Positions 1 to 7,603 of a DNA stretch of 64,000 nucleotides are shown here, in pieces. The position numbers were made by a program, and so were the translations under genes. The notes below the pieces were generated by a model, which ran no database searches, had not been told where the DNA came from, and was given only the letters and a program-made list of their open reading frames with translations. Every line of letters starts with the position of its first letter. Within the stretch, counting starts at the first letter, position 1. Source of the DNA: a virus; IMG/VR virus record IMGVR_UViG_3300008107_000017, positions 64,001 to 128,000 of that record, one strand, 5' to 3'.

Positions 1-1
1 G

Positions 2-3000
2 TCGACTGAAGAAACTGCATCAAAATTAGATGCTGTGGTTGCTGCTGTTGCCGGTGGAAGTAGTGGGCAGTTAAGTCAAGCAATTGTAGCCGAATTACAA
101 GTACAGACAGATTTATTAAAACAGATTGCTACAAATACGAAAAATGGTGCAATATCCGTAGGAGGTAAACCTATGGATAAAGATAAACTTAAAGAAGGAG
201 CAGAAGCCATCAAAATGTTAGGTGGTGGTGCTTCTTCTTTAGCGTTCGGTCTATTAACTTTTATGCTAGTACCTAAAGGTGCTATTAGAAAATTTTCATC
301 AACCATTAAGGAAATAATGGCTGTCTTTGATGATTTAGATACAAAAAAGATTAAAGAAGGGTCAGAAGCATTTGAAAAAATAGCAGCAAACATAGGTAAA
401 TTTGCAAGAGGGCTGGCTGCGGCTGCATTCTTACTTATACCAGGATATGTAGGTGCTCTTTTACTTAAAGCTACATTAAAGATATTACTTCCTACATTTG
501 AAATGATAGGAAAGAAAAGTAAAGTGATAAGTAAAGGCGCCGATGCATTAGGCCTAATGGGTGACTCATTAATTAAATTTGCAAAAGGGCTTGTAGTAGT
601 TGCAATTGCTTCTATTATAGGTATTGTTATGGCTCCTGTTATATTACTGACCGTAGTATTATTTGCAGGAGCATTTGCACTATTAGGTAAATTTGATAGA
701 CCAATCAGACAGGGTGCCCGAGCTCTTTTATTAATGGGAAGATCATTAGTTTTCTTTAGTGCCGGATTAGTTCTATTTGCTTTAGCTTCTCTATTTATCT
801 TATTAAACCCAATCATTCTGCTAGCAATGGTAGGAACTCTTGTTCTTATAAGTGGAGCATTTGCTCTTATAGGATTATTTGATAAGCAAATCAGAAAGGG
901 TGCGGTTGGTTTATTAATTATGGGATTGAGCTTAATAGTATTTTCTGTTGGGTACCTAGTGTTTGCAATGGTAACAAAAGATATAACTCTTGAAAGATTA
1001 GGTATACAATCAGCAATTTTAATTGGTGTCGGAGCTGCTGTTGCTGCGGCTGGATTACTTGCTAGTCAATTAATTAAAGGGGCTATAGGGGTTGCTGCTA
1101 TGGGACTTGGATTACTTGTATTTAGTCTTGGATATTTACCGTTTGCCAAGGTAACAGAGGATATGACTCTGAAAGATGTAGGTGTACAATCAGGTATCCT
1201 ATTAGCATTAGGTTTAGAATTTGCTGCGGCTGGTGCTGGGGCATTATTTATATTAGCTGGGTCTGCAGCATTTGCTGCAGTTGGAATATCTTTAGCTGTA
1301 TTATCTGGTGGTTTGGCTTTATTTAAAGCAGTAGGTTTTACTGAGGATGATGCTTCTGCTATGACAACTACTTTAGTTGGTATTAAATCAGCATTCTTAG
1401 GTAATGCCGATGCAGATGAAGGATTTTTTGCTAAATTAGGCGGAGCTATTACTGGCGCAGTCGATGCTGTTAGGATGGTTGAAGCCGCTGCTGGTTTTAC
1501 TGCTGCTGGTATTGCATTAACAACATTATCATTTGGTCTTAATAAGTTTAAAGAAGTTGGATGGAATGATGAGTTATCTAAAGAATTGGTAACAATGTTA
1601 AATGGTGTTACTACTGCATTTGCATTAGCAGGATCAAGCGAACAGGTACCTAGTTCATCTTTCTTTGGTCAAATGTTTGGATTTAAGAGAACTGCGGTTG
1701 AAGAAGGTATTAATTCAGTGCTAGGCGCCGGTAGAGCATTAAAAGATATTGCCAAAGGCCTAAAAGAATTCCAATCTCTTATTGATAGCGGAGTTAGTTT
1801 TGGCCAACCTGATGGTAATGGTAATTATGAAGAAGGTACATTAGGTTATGCTGTTACAAACACAGTAGGATTTATTAGAACTGCTTTTGCCGCCGTAGCC
1901 AATGAAGGAAATGTCCAAGGTGGTGGTTTCTTTGATACTTTATTTAATGTTAAACAGAATAAGGTACAGGAAGGTATCCAATCAGTTATGGGAACCGGTA
2001 AAGCGCTTAAAGACATCGCAGAGGGTCTTAAATCATTCCAGGCATTAATTGATGGTGGTGTTCAATTTGGACAACCTGATGCAAACGGAAGATATGCTCC
2101 TGGTACATTAGGTTATGCTGTTACAAATACCGTAGGTTTTGTTAGCGAAGCTTTTGCTGCGGTTGCAAGTCAAGGTAATGTACAGGCAGGTGGAATTATG
2201 GGATCTCTTTTTGGAATTGAAAAGAATAAAGTTGCTGAAGGTATTGATTCTGTAAAGGGTGCAGGTCAAGAACTTACTAATATTGCAACAGGTCTTAAAA
2301 CATTCCAAGACATGGTTGATCAAAATATTAACTGGGATACATTAGCAGGTGCTGTTAAAAAATCAATTACCTTTGTAGGAGAAGCCTTTGCTTCAATAGG
2401 TGGAATGGAACAAGAGGATGGGTGGTTTATTTTTAGCTGGGATGAAAACCTTGTCCAAAAGGGTGTCGAGAGTGTAAAGGGTGCTGGTGAGCAACTTAAT
2501 TTAATTGCAAATGGTCTTAAGTCTTTTCAAGATATGATTTCTAATAATGTTGATTTTGAAAAGTTAGGATATACGATTAAAAATACCCTTATGTTTGTAG
2601 GTGATGCATTTATGGCAATAGGTGGAAAAGAACAGGAAGATTCAACTGGATTAAGTTCTCTGTTTGGTATAAGCTGGGATGAAAACCTTGTTCAAAAAGG
2701 TATTGAGAATGTAAAGGGTGCAGGTAAAGAATTAGAAAATATTGCAAAAGGTTTACAGGCATTTACGGATCTTAAGAATCCACAAGCAATTGCAAAAAGC
2801 ATTAAAGAGATCTTTACATCAATAGGTGATACATTTACATATTACTATGAGAAACCTAAATTTAAGTCCCAGGTCGATCATATGCAAGGATTTATTTCTG
2901 AAATATCTAAGAATGCTGGAAAAGGACTTATTCATAAAGCTGCTGAAGGTATGGATAAAATGGCTGCCGCTATTAATAAGATAGATGCAGATAAAGCAGA

Positions 3001-3286
3001 ATCATTTGCAAATCTATTTAAGGGCGCAGGTGAATTAAGTAACAATGCAGCTGCATATGCTCAATTACTTAGTGCCGTCGAAGACATTAGAGATGCGTTA
3101 AATCAAAGTAATACTTCTACTGCTACCACCACAACAACATCTGATGGTAATGCTGGCGGTGGAGGCGGAGATAAAGGTCTTTCAGTAACTCTTAGAAGTA
3201 TTAATACTACTTTAGGTAACCTAAATTCTACAATGAGTGGTTTACCTGGAAAAATTGCCGTACTCATTCCTACCGAAGGTAATTAA
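2..3286 (+). CDS. Tape-measure-like protein, 5'-truncated by the window edge
   Basis: Frame is open from position 2. Long Ala/Gly-rich helical protein with many hydrophobic segments and ~80-90 aa repeats (GVxFGQPDxNGxY..GTLGYAVTNTVGF twice; SWDENLVQKG twice). Confidence 0.65.
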   Translation, partial: STEETASKLDAVVAAVAGGSSGQLSQAIVAELQVQTDLLKQIATNTKNGAISVGGKPMDKDKLKEGAEAIKMLGGGASSLAFGLLTFMLVPKGAIRKFSSTIKEIMAVFDDLDTKKIKEGSEAFEKIAANIGKFARGLAAAAFLLIPGYVGALLLKATLKILLPTFEMIGKKSKVISKGADALGLMGDSLIKFAKGLVVVAIASIIGIVMAPVILLTVVLFAGAFALLGKFDRPIRQGARALLLMGRSLVFFSAGLVLFALASLFILLNPIILLAMVGTLVLISGAFALIGLFDKQIRKGAVGLLIMGLSLIVFSVGYLVFAMVTKDITLERLGIQSAILIGVGAAVAAAGLLASQLIKGAIGVAAMGLGLLVFSLGYLPFAKVTEDMTLKDVGVQSGILLALGLEFAAAGAGALFILAGSAAFAAVGISLAVLSGGLALFKAVGFTEDDASAMTTTLVGIKSAFLGNADADEGFFAKLGGAITGAVDAVRMVEAAAGFTAAGIALTTLSFGLNKFKEVGWNDELSKELVTMLNGVTTAFALAGSSEQVPSSSFFGQMFGFKRTAVEEGINSVLGAGRALKDIAKGLKEFQSLIDSGVSFGQPDGNGNYEEGTLGYAVTNTVGFIRTAFAAVANEGNVQGGGFFDTLFNVKQNKVQEGIQSVMGTGKALKDIAEGLKSFQALIDGGVQFGQPDANGRYAPGTLGYAVTNTVGFVSEAFAAVASQGNVQAGGIMGSLFGIEKNKVAEGIDSVKGAGQELTNIATGLKTFQDMVDQNINWDTLAGAVKKSITFVGEAFASIGGMEQEDGWFIFSWDENLVQKGVESVKGAGEQLNLIANGLKSFQDMISNNVDFEKLGYTIKNTLMFVGDAFMAIGGKEQEDSTGLSSLFGISWDENLVQKGIENVKGAGKELENIAKGLQAFTDLKNPQAIAKSIKEIFTSIGDTFTYYYEKPKFKSQVDHMQGFISEISKNAGKGLIHKAAEGMDKMAAAINKIDADKAESFANLFKGAGELSNNAAAYAQLLSAVEDIRDALNQSNTSTATTTTTSDGNAGGGGGDKGLSVTLRSINTTLGNLNSTMSGLPGKIAVLIPTEGN

Positions 3287-3371
3287 TAAATCTTTTTCTT
3301 AGAAACCTAAAACTAAGTTATCTGGTTACTATATAAAATTAACGGATTGTTCCACTAAAAGTATAGTAATT

Positions 3372-4166
3372 ATGGATAAGAGTATTGTTTGGTTTGATTT
3401 AGAAACTACTGGTGTTAACACAGCAACAGATAGGATTATTGAGATCTGTATGATCAAAACTGATTTTGAAGGTAATGAGATCTCATCTTTTTATACACTC
3501 GTAAATCCTGGGCCTGGTATTGAATGGCGCCAAGAAGCGATTGATAAACATGGAATCACACCAGATATGCTCGAAGACCAGGATAGGTTTGAATATATTG
3601 CCAAAGAAGTTATGGACTTTATAGGTGATAGCGACCTCGGTGGTTATAATGCACTTTACTTTGATATCCCAATGCTTACTGAAGAATTTATGCGAGCTGG
3701 TCTTGTATTTAATCCTCGCGGTAAGGCCGTTATTGATCCGTTCCTAATCTATTCTAAATACGAAAGACGAGATCTTAGTACTGCATATACCAAGTACACA
3801 GGTAAAACTTTAGATGGTGCACACCGTGCAGAAGCAGATATTCGTGCAACAATGGAAATCTTCCAGGCACAACGTAAACTATATGATATGCCAGGATCTG
3901 CTGCCGAAATTGACCAAGCGGTTAATGAGTCTCGTCAAACGCAAGTTGACCTAAGCGGTAAGTTTAAGTTTGCCGAAATTAACGGGAAAAAAGAAATCAT
4001 CTTTAATTTTGGAAAATGGGCAGGTAAACCTTTTAAAGAAGTTTATGAAGCAGATTCCAGATATATTGAATGGATGATTGATAAAGGTGAATTTGCAAAA
4101 GAAACCAAAATCATTGCAAGAAAGCTTATAGAAAAGTTAAAGGCAGAGTCTCCAATGCCATTCTAA
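3372..4166 (+). CDS. DEDDh 3'-5' exonuclease (DNA pol III epsilon-like)
   Basis: ExoI FDLETTG, ExoII YNALYFD, ExoIII HRAEAD; C-terminal FGKW motif. Confidence 0.9.
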   Translation: MDKSIVWFDLETTGVNTATDRIIEICMIKTDFEGNEISSFYTLVNPGPGIEWRQEAIDKHGITPDMLEDQDRFEYIAKEVMDFIGDSDLGGYNALYFDIPMLTEEFMRAGLVFNPRGKAVIDPFLIYSKYERRDLSTAYTKYTGKTLDGAHRAEADIRATMEIFQAQRKLYDMPGSAAEIDQAVNESRQTQVDLSGKFKFAEINGKKEIIFNFGKWAGKPFKEVYEADSRYIEWMIDKGEFAKETKIIARKLIEKLKAESPMPF

Positions 4167-4265
4167 ATTGTTAATAACTTTTTTCATCTGGAGAGAAAAA
4201 AGTCTCCCAAATATTTTCAAATCCCAAAAATTTGTTTTATATTTATATAAAATTAAACGGATATG
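4165..4265 (+). promoter_or_regulatory. Repeated early-promoter module, copy 1
   Basis: AAATTGTTAATAACTTTTT..AAAAAAGT..TTTCAA-N17-TATATTTA..AAACGGATATG; near-identical copies at 50802, 52629, 52930. Confidence 0.75.
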
Positions 4266-4469
4266 GAAAATCAAATTAACAAAGGATCAATCGTAACATA
4301 CCAAGGTGGATTCTACCGGGTATCAAACTGCACAAAGAATACGGTCAATCTAAAGTCTGTCTTTGGAAACCGAGTCTACTTCAAAAGTATTAAGCTTACT
4401 GAAGTTACAGAATCTGCTGCCGCATTCTATGAATACTGGTCTAAGTCTGAAACTTATCAATGCATGTAA
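4263..4469 (+). CDS. Small hypothetical (early) protein
   Basis: ATG directly after the repeated promoter module. Confidence 0.7.
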   Translation: MENQINKGSIVTYQGGFYRVSNCTKNTVNLKSVFGNRVYFKSIKLTEVTESAAAFYEYWSKSETYQCM

Positions 4470-4470
4470 T

Positions 4471-4698
4471 ATGATACGAGAAAAACACGAAAGAACTGGC
4501 CCTATAGTAATTGATCTTACAGGCCCTGATGGAAATGCATTCGCACTAATTGGTCTTGCACAAAACTTAGCAAAGCAATTAGGGTATCAACCGAATAGGC
4601 GCGGAGAACTTACCACTGAAATGATGAGTGGTGATTATGAACATCTCCTTCAAGTATTTGATCGCGAATTTGGTAACTTTGTAATTTTAGAAAGATGA
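4471..4698 (+). CDS. Small phage hypothetical protein
   Basis: ATG 2 nt after the previous stop; DLTGPDGNAFAL...SGDYEHL motif. Confidence 0.75.
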   Translation: MIREKHERTGPIVIDLTGPDGNAFALIGLAQNLAKQLGYQPNRRGELTTEMMSGDYEHLLQVFDREFGNFVILER

Positions 4699-4997
4699 AA
4701 ATAGAAATTGAAAAACTCAAACAGATTGAAAATGCCTTAGGGCAATTCGAGGTATGCCGTATCTTTGGTGGCGGTAATCATAATTACCTTCGCTTTGGGT
4801 ATTGGAGACCAACAGATTGGAAAACTCTTCAAGAAATCCTTGGTCATTCTATTGTGGTAGAAGAAGATTCTGACTATGATGATGACTGTGGGTGGAAGTA
4901 TTCCTATGTTCTATATGATCGTATGGAATGGGATATGATTCAAAAGAATCGCCGCGAACAAATGGAATCTTGGAGAGCTCCAGTAAACAATCGTTAA
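4695..4997 (+). CDS. Hypothetical protein
   Basis: ATGA overlap with the upstream gene. Confidence 0.7.
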   Translation: MKIEIEKLKQIENALGQFEVCRIFGGGNHNYLRFGYWRPTDWKTLQEILGHSIVVEEDSDYDDDCGWKYSYVLYDRMEWDMIQKNRREQMESWRAPVNNR

Positions 4998-5020
4998 CCG
5001 CGATTATATAAATAAAGGTA

Positions 5021-5036
5021 CGTTCTTTAACATATT
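5021..5036 (+). promoter_or_regulatory. boxA-like antitermination element upstream of tmRNA
   Basis: CGTTCTTTAACATATT resembles E. coli rrn boxA TGCTCTTTAACA; second copy at 5839. Confidence 0.6.
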
Positions 5037-5418
5037 GGGGGTGACCAGGTTTTGACGATTAAGCTGAAATTAGGTTACTGATGCAAGCAGGGTTAGATGG
5101 AAACCCTTAAACACCTATCGCACAATAAAAGGCGAAGAGAAATCTTCATTCACCTGGGAAGACGCAATGGCTTTCATTGGTGCTGATTACGCTGTAGCAG
5201 CCTAATCAGTCTCGCACTCATCGTGAGATATTAAAAAGAATGAGAATTCAAGGTCTCGTTCAGAGTACTACCTTATAAGTGAACTCGACATAGTTATTGG
5301 TAACGATGTCAAAATAGGAACCATTTATTTTGGCCATTAAGAAAAATGGCCTAAGCTTGTGAATGAGGGATTTAGGTTCCTTAGTCGGACATGGGTTCGA
5401 ATCCCATCACCTCCACCA
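5037..5418 (+). ncRNA. ssrA: tmRNA; tag reading frame 5131-5205 = GEEKSSFTWEDAMAFIGADYAVAA*
   Basis: 5' GGGGGTG pairs with 3' CACCTCC-ACCA including the G3.U Ala identity pair; GGTTCGAATCC T-arm; internal ORF ending YAVAA-stop. Confidence 0.95.
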
Positions 5419-5421
5419 AAA

Positions 5422-5477
5422 AGGATGCATACAGCAACTTTGGACTAGACTTGTAAACTACAACCCAATGCATCCTG
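5422..5477 (+). ncRNA. 56-nt AGGATRCAT-ACAGCAA hairpin element, copy A
   Basis: 9-bp closing stem AGGATGCAT/ATGCATCCT plus ACAGCAA; same length and ends as 6111-6166. Confidence 0.6.
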
Positions 5478-5482
5478 TTTCT

Positions 5483-5555
<73 letters not shown>

Positions 5556-5573
5556 CAAATTCTCACACATGTG

Positions 5574-5603
5574 AAACAAACACAATGTGAGTATATATAA
5601 ATA
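5574..5603 (+). promoter_or_regulatory. Putative promoter of the leader ORF
   Basis: AAAC(5574)-N17-ATATAA(5595), the class seen before many genes here; also contains TATAAATA (5596-5603). Confidence 0.55.
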
Positions 5604-5621
5604 ACAAATAAAACAATTTCA

Positions 5622-5717
5622 ATGCAACTGCACGGATGTACATATTGGATTCTTAGTAATGTGGAAAAGAATTTTCCGCAGGCGGATTCAATTACACCAA
5701 GTCCAGGCAGGAGCTGA
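5622..5717 (+). CDS. 31-aa leader peptide containing all 20 amino acids: MQLHGCTYWILSNVEKNFPQADSITPSPGRS
   Basis: Translated by hand (absent from the ORF track); A-rich 5' UTR, TGA-TAA double stop, terminator 24 nt downstream. Confidence 0.8.
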   Translation: MQLHGCTYWILSNVEKNFPQADSITPSPGRS

Positions 5718-5752
5718 TAAGATAAAACACTTATAATACTAAGCCTCCTGGA
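5702..5752 (+). promoter_or_regulatory. Putative antiterminator helix
   Basis: TCCAGG(5702-07)/CCTGGA(5747-52) plus AGG/CCT, or alternatively CAGGAG(5708-13)/CTCCTG(5745-50); inner helix ATAAG(5717-21)/CTTAT(5730-34). Confidence 0.65.
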
Positions 5753-5777
5753 TAAAAAATTCCGGGAGGCTTTTTTT
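5741..5777 (+). terminator. Intrinsic terminator (candidate attenuator) upstream of the tRNA array
   Basis: AAGCCTCCTGGA-8 nt loop-TCCGGGAGGC followed by T7. Confidence 0.9.
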
Positions 5778-5786
5778 ATGGGTCTC

Positions 5787-5817
5787 TTTCAGAAAAAGAT
5801 TGAATGAGTTATATTTG
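5787..5817 (+). promoter_or_regulatory. Host-type (Bacteroidota sigma-A-like) promoter
   Basis: TTTCAG-N17-TATATTTG; -7 element matches TAnnTTTG; same spacing at 8602, 16123, 4215, 47846, 52969. Confidence 0.6.
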
Positions 5818-5838
5818 TTTAGAATAGAATTTCAAATT

Positions 5839-5854
5839 CGTTCTTTGACATATT
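5839..5854 (+). promoter_or_regulatory. boxA-like antitermination element upstream of the tRNA array
   Basis: CGTTCTTTGACATATT, 15/16 identical to 5021-5036. Confidence 0.6.
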
Positions 5855-5865
5855 GAGGTACCAAC

Positions 5866-5951
5866 GGAAAGATGGTAGAGTTGGTTGATTACACCGGTCT
5901 TGAAAACCGGCATACCGCGAGGTATCGGGGGTTCGAATCCCTCTCTTTCCG
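5866..5951 (+). tRNA. tRNA-Ser(TGA)
   Basis: CCGGT-CTTGAAA-ACCGG, long variable arm. Confidence 0.95.
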
Positions 5952-5959
5952 CTTTAAAT

Positions 5960-6030
5960 TGCCCTCTCGTCTAATGGCAGGACATGTGGTTTTGGTCCAC
6001 AGTGTAGAGGTTCGAATCCTTTGGGGGCAA
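5960..6030 (+). tRNA. tRNA-Gln(TTG)
   Basis: TGTGG-TTTTGGT-CCACA. Confidence 0.93.
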
Positions 6031-6035
6031 CATAT

Positions 6036-6108
6036 AGGGAAGTAGCGCAGTTGGTAGCGCACCTGGTTTGGGACCAGGGGGTCGCAGGTTCGAGCCCTGT
6101 CTTCCCTA
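6036..6108 (+). tRNA. tRNA-Pro(TGG)
   Basis: CCTGG-TTTGGGA-CCAGG. Confidence 0.95.
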
Positions 6109-6110
6109 CA

Positions 6111-6166
6111 AGGATACATACAGCAAATTTTATCAAACTGCAACTTTGAAGCCAAAACGTATCCTG
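6111..6166 (+). ncRNA. 56-nt AGGATRCAT-ACAGCAA hairpin element, copy B
   Basis: AGGATAC/GTATCCT stem plus ACAGCAA; matches 5422-5477. Confidence 0.6.
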
Positions 6167-6172
6167 TATTTT

Positions 6173-6245
6173 GCCTCTGTAGCTCAGTTGGTAGAGCTAC
6201 TGATTTGTAATCAGTGGGTCGTAGGTTCGAATCCTATCGGAGGCT
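6173..6245 (+). tRNA. tRNA-Thr(TGT)
   Basis: ACTGA-TTTGTAA-TCAGT. Confidence 0.95.
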
Positions 6246-6257
6246 CAAACATTATTT

Positions 6258-6331
6258 GGTCCGTTCGTCTAATTGGTTAGGACATCTCCCTTTCACGGAG
6301 AAGCTTACGGGTTCGATCCCCGTACGGACTA
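6258..6331 (+). tRNA. tRNA-Glu(TTC)
   Basis: TCTCC-CTTTCAC-GGAGA. Confidence 0.95.
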
Positions 6332-6337
6332 CAACAT

Positions 6338-6412
6338 TGCGGGGTGGACTGGAGATGGTTCCAGCTCGGTCTCATAAGCCGAACCACATGGGTTCGATTC
6401 CCATCCCCGCAA
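6338..6412 (+). tRNA. tRNA-Met(CAT), initiator-like acceptor stem, atypical D-arm
   Basis: TGCGGGG/CCCCGCA acceptor; TCGGT-CTCATAA-GCCGA. Confidence 0.85.
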
Positions 6413-6416
6413 CAAA

Positions 6417-6512
6417 GGTGGTATCTAGACGAAAATGAAATTCCTGCTGTGAAGTCGACTTAATCAGCATATTCAGAAGTAGAAATGAAGGATCGCAAAT
6501 CTTTCGCCACCC
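6417..6512 (+). ncRNA. tRNA-like structured RNA without a canonical anticodon arm
   Basis: GGTGGT/GCCACC acceptor-like stem, T-arm-like AAGGA-TCGCAAA-TCTT, internal TGCTG/CAGCA stem. Confidence 0.45.
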
Positions 6513-6519
6513 TCTTATT

Positions 6520-6596
6520 GGCTCGTTAGTAGAGATGGTTACAATGTCGCCCTGTCACGGCGAAGGTCACGGGTTCGAGTCCCGTACGGGCCGCCA
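6520..6596 (+). tRNA. tRNA-Asp(GTC), CCA encoded
   Basis: TCGCC-CTGTCAC-GGCGA. Confidence 0.93.
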
Positions 6597-6601
6597 AAAA
6601 A

Positions 6602-6664
6602 TGCCGAGGTTAATGCATAACCTAAAGTAACACGTACGGTTACACAGTAGGAAGGCTACCTACA
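6602..6664 (+). ncRNA. Three-hairpin spacer RNA (C1)
   Basis: AGGTTA/TAACCT, GTAAC/GTTAC, GTAGG/CCTAC. Confidence 0.45.
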
Positions 6665-6668
6665 CTTT

Positions 6669-6742
6669 GGGGGTATAGCTCAGTTGGCTAGAGCATCTGC
6701 CTTGCACGCAGAGGGTCGTGGGTTCGAATCCCTCTACCTCCA
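6669..6742 (+). tRNA. tRNA-Ala(TGC)
   Basis: TCTGC-CTTGCAC-GCAGA; G3.U70. Confidence 0.95.
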
Positions 6743-6746
6743 CTAA

Positions 6747-6819
6747 GATCTCGTAGCTCAGTTGGTAGAGCAATACACTTTTAATGTATGGGCCGCGCGT
6801 TCGAGCCGCGCCGGGATCA
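6747..6819 (+). tRNA. tRNA-Lys(TTT)
   Basis: ATACA-CTTTTAA-TGTAT. Confidence 0.95.
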
Positions 6820-6826
6820 CAAAAAA

Positions 6827-6915
6827 ATCGTACATCATAGTTTTCCCGTTTAGGATGTAGCTATAAGATGTAAATGTGAAAGGCGCAATCACAGTAGGTT
6901 AAGCGATATCCTACA
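6827..6915 (+). ncRNA. Three-hairpin spacer RNA (C2)
   Basis: TACATC/GATGTA, TGTGA/TCACA, GTAGG/CCTAC; shares CACAGTAGG..CCTACA with C1. Confidence 0.45.
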
Positions 6916-6919
6916 ACTT

Positions 6920-7000
6920 GCCGAAGTGGTGGAATGGTATACACGCTGGTCTTAGGAACCAGTGCCTAACGGCTTAAGGGTTCGAGTCCCTTCTTCGGTA
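6920..7000 (+). tRNA. tRNA-Leu(TAG)
   Basis: CTGGT-CTTAGGA-ACCAG, variable arm. Confidence 0.95.
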
Positions 7001-7005
7001 CTAAT

Positions 7006-7080
7006 GCACCCTTAGCTCAGTGGGAGAGCATCTGCCTTACATGCAGAGGGTCGGTGGTTCGAAACCATCAGGGTGCACCA
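7006..7080 (+). tRNA. tRNA-Val(TAC), CCA encoded
   Basis: TCTGC-CTTACAT-GCAGA. Confidence 0.95.
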
Positions 7081-7197
7081 AGAGAGATAGTGAAGCTGTA
7101 TGATATGGTCTTAATCCCGCTGACTGTCAAAAAGGCATTAGGAGATTCAGATGTGTTGATTATATCACAGAATGCCCGAAAGACCCGAAGTCTCTCT
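7081..7197 (+). ncRNA. Rod-like structured RNA of unknown family
   Basis: AGAGAGA/TCTCTCT closing stem, asymmetric bubble, CTGTATGATATGGTC/GATTATATCACAG stem. Confidence 0.5.
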
Positions 7198-7202
7198 TTT
7201 AT

Positions 7203-7285
7203 TGGAAGGTGGGTGAGTGGTTAAAACCGGCAGACTGTAAATCTGCTCTCTTCGGAGTACGGCGGTTCGAATCCGTCCCTTCCAA
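7203..7285 (+). tRNA. tRNA-Tyr(GTA)
   Basis: GCAGA-CTGTAAA-TCTGC, variable arm. Confidence 0.95.
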
Positions 7286-7290
7286 CATTT

Positions 7291-7364
7291 GGACCTTTAG
7301 CTCAGTTGGTTAGAGCATCGGACTCATAATCCGCAGGTCGCAGGTTCGAGCCCTGCAAGGTCCA
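7291..7364 (+). tRNA. tRNA(CAT), probably Ile2 (lysidine type); elongator Met not excluded
   Basis: CGGA-CTCATAA-TCCG; GGACCTT acceptor resembles Ile2 tRNAs. Confidence 0.85.
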
Positions 7365-7369
7365 CATTT

Positions 7370-7442
7370 AGTCGATTAGTTCAATTGGATAGAACACTTG
7401 ACTACGGATCAAGAGATAAGGGTTCGAGTCCTTTATTGACTA
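7370..7442 (+). tRNA. tRNA-Arg(ACG)
   Basis: CTTGA-CTACGGA-TCAAG. Confidence 0.93.
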
Positions 7443-7447
7443 CTAAT

Positions 7448-7520
7448 GGTGATGTAGCTCAGTTGGTAGAGCAAAGGACTGAAAATCCTTGTGTCGGCGG
7501 TTCGATTCCGTCCATCACCA
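7448..7520 (+). tRNA. tRNA-Phe(GAA)
   Basis: AAGGA-CTGAAAA-TCCTT. Confidence 0.95.
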
Positions 7521-7522
7521 CT

Positions 7523-7599
7523 AAGTAATAGGTAAGCATCTAAGGGGTCTCCTATGTAATATTAGGGCGTGTCTAACCCAAAGCCTCTGCTTATTACTT
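7523..7599 (+). ncRNA. Structured spacer RNA with a 12-bp closing stem
   Basis: AAGTAATAGGTA/TGCTTATTACTT; inner CCTA/TAGG hairpin. Confidence 0.45.
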
Positions 7600-7603
7600 T
7601 TAT

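Noticed and set aside
5562-5591. CTCACA..TGTGAG inverted repeat as an intrinsic terminator
   Set aside because: No U-tract follows; it overlaps the leader promoter and could be an operator, but this is unsupported.
6827-6915. Pistol or HDV-like theta ribozyme
   Set aside because: TAAGCG is present but the required helices and pseudoknot order could not be assigned by eye.
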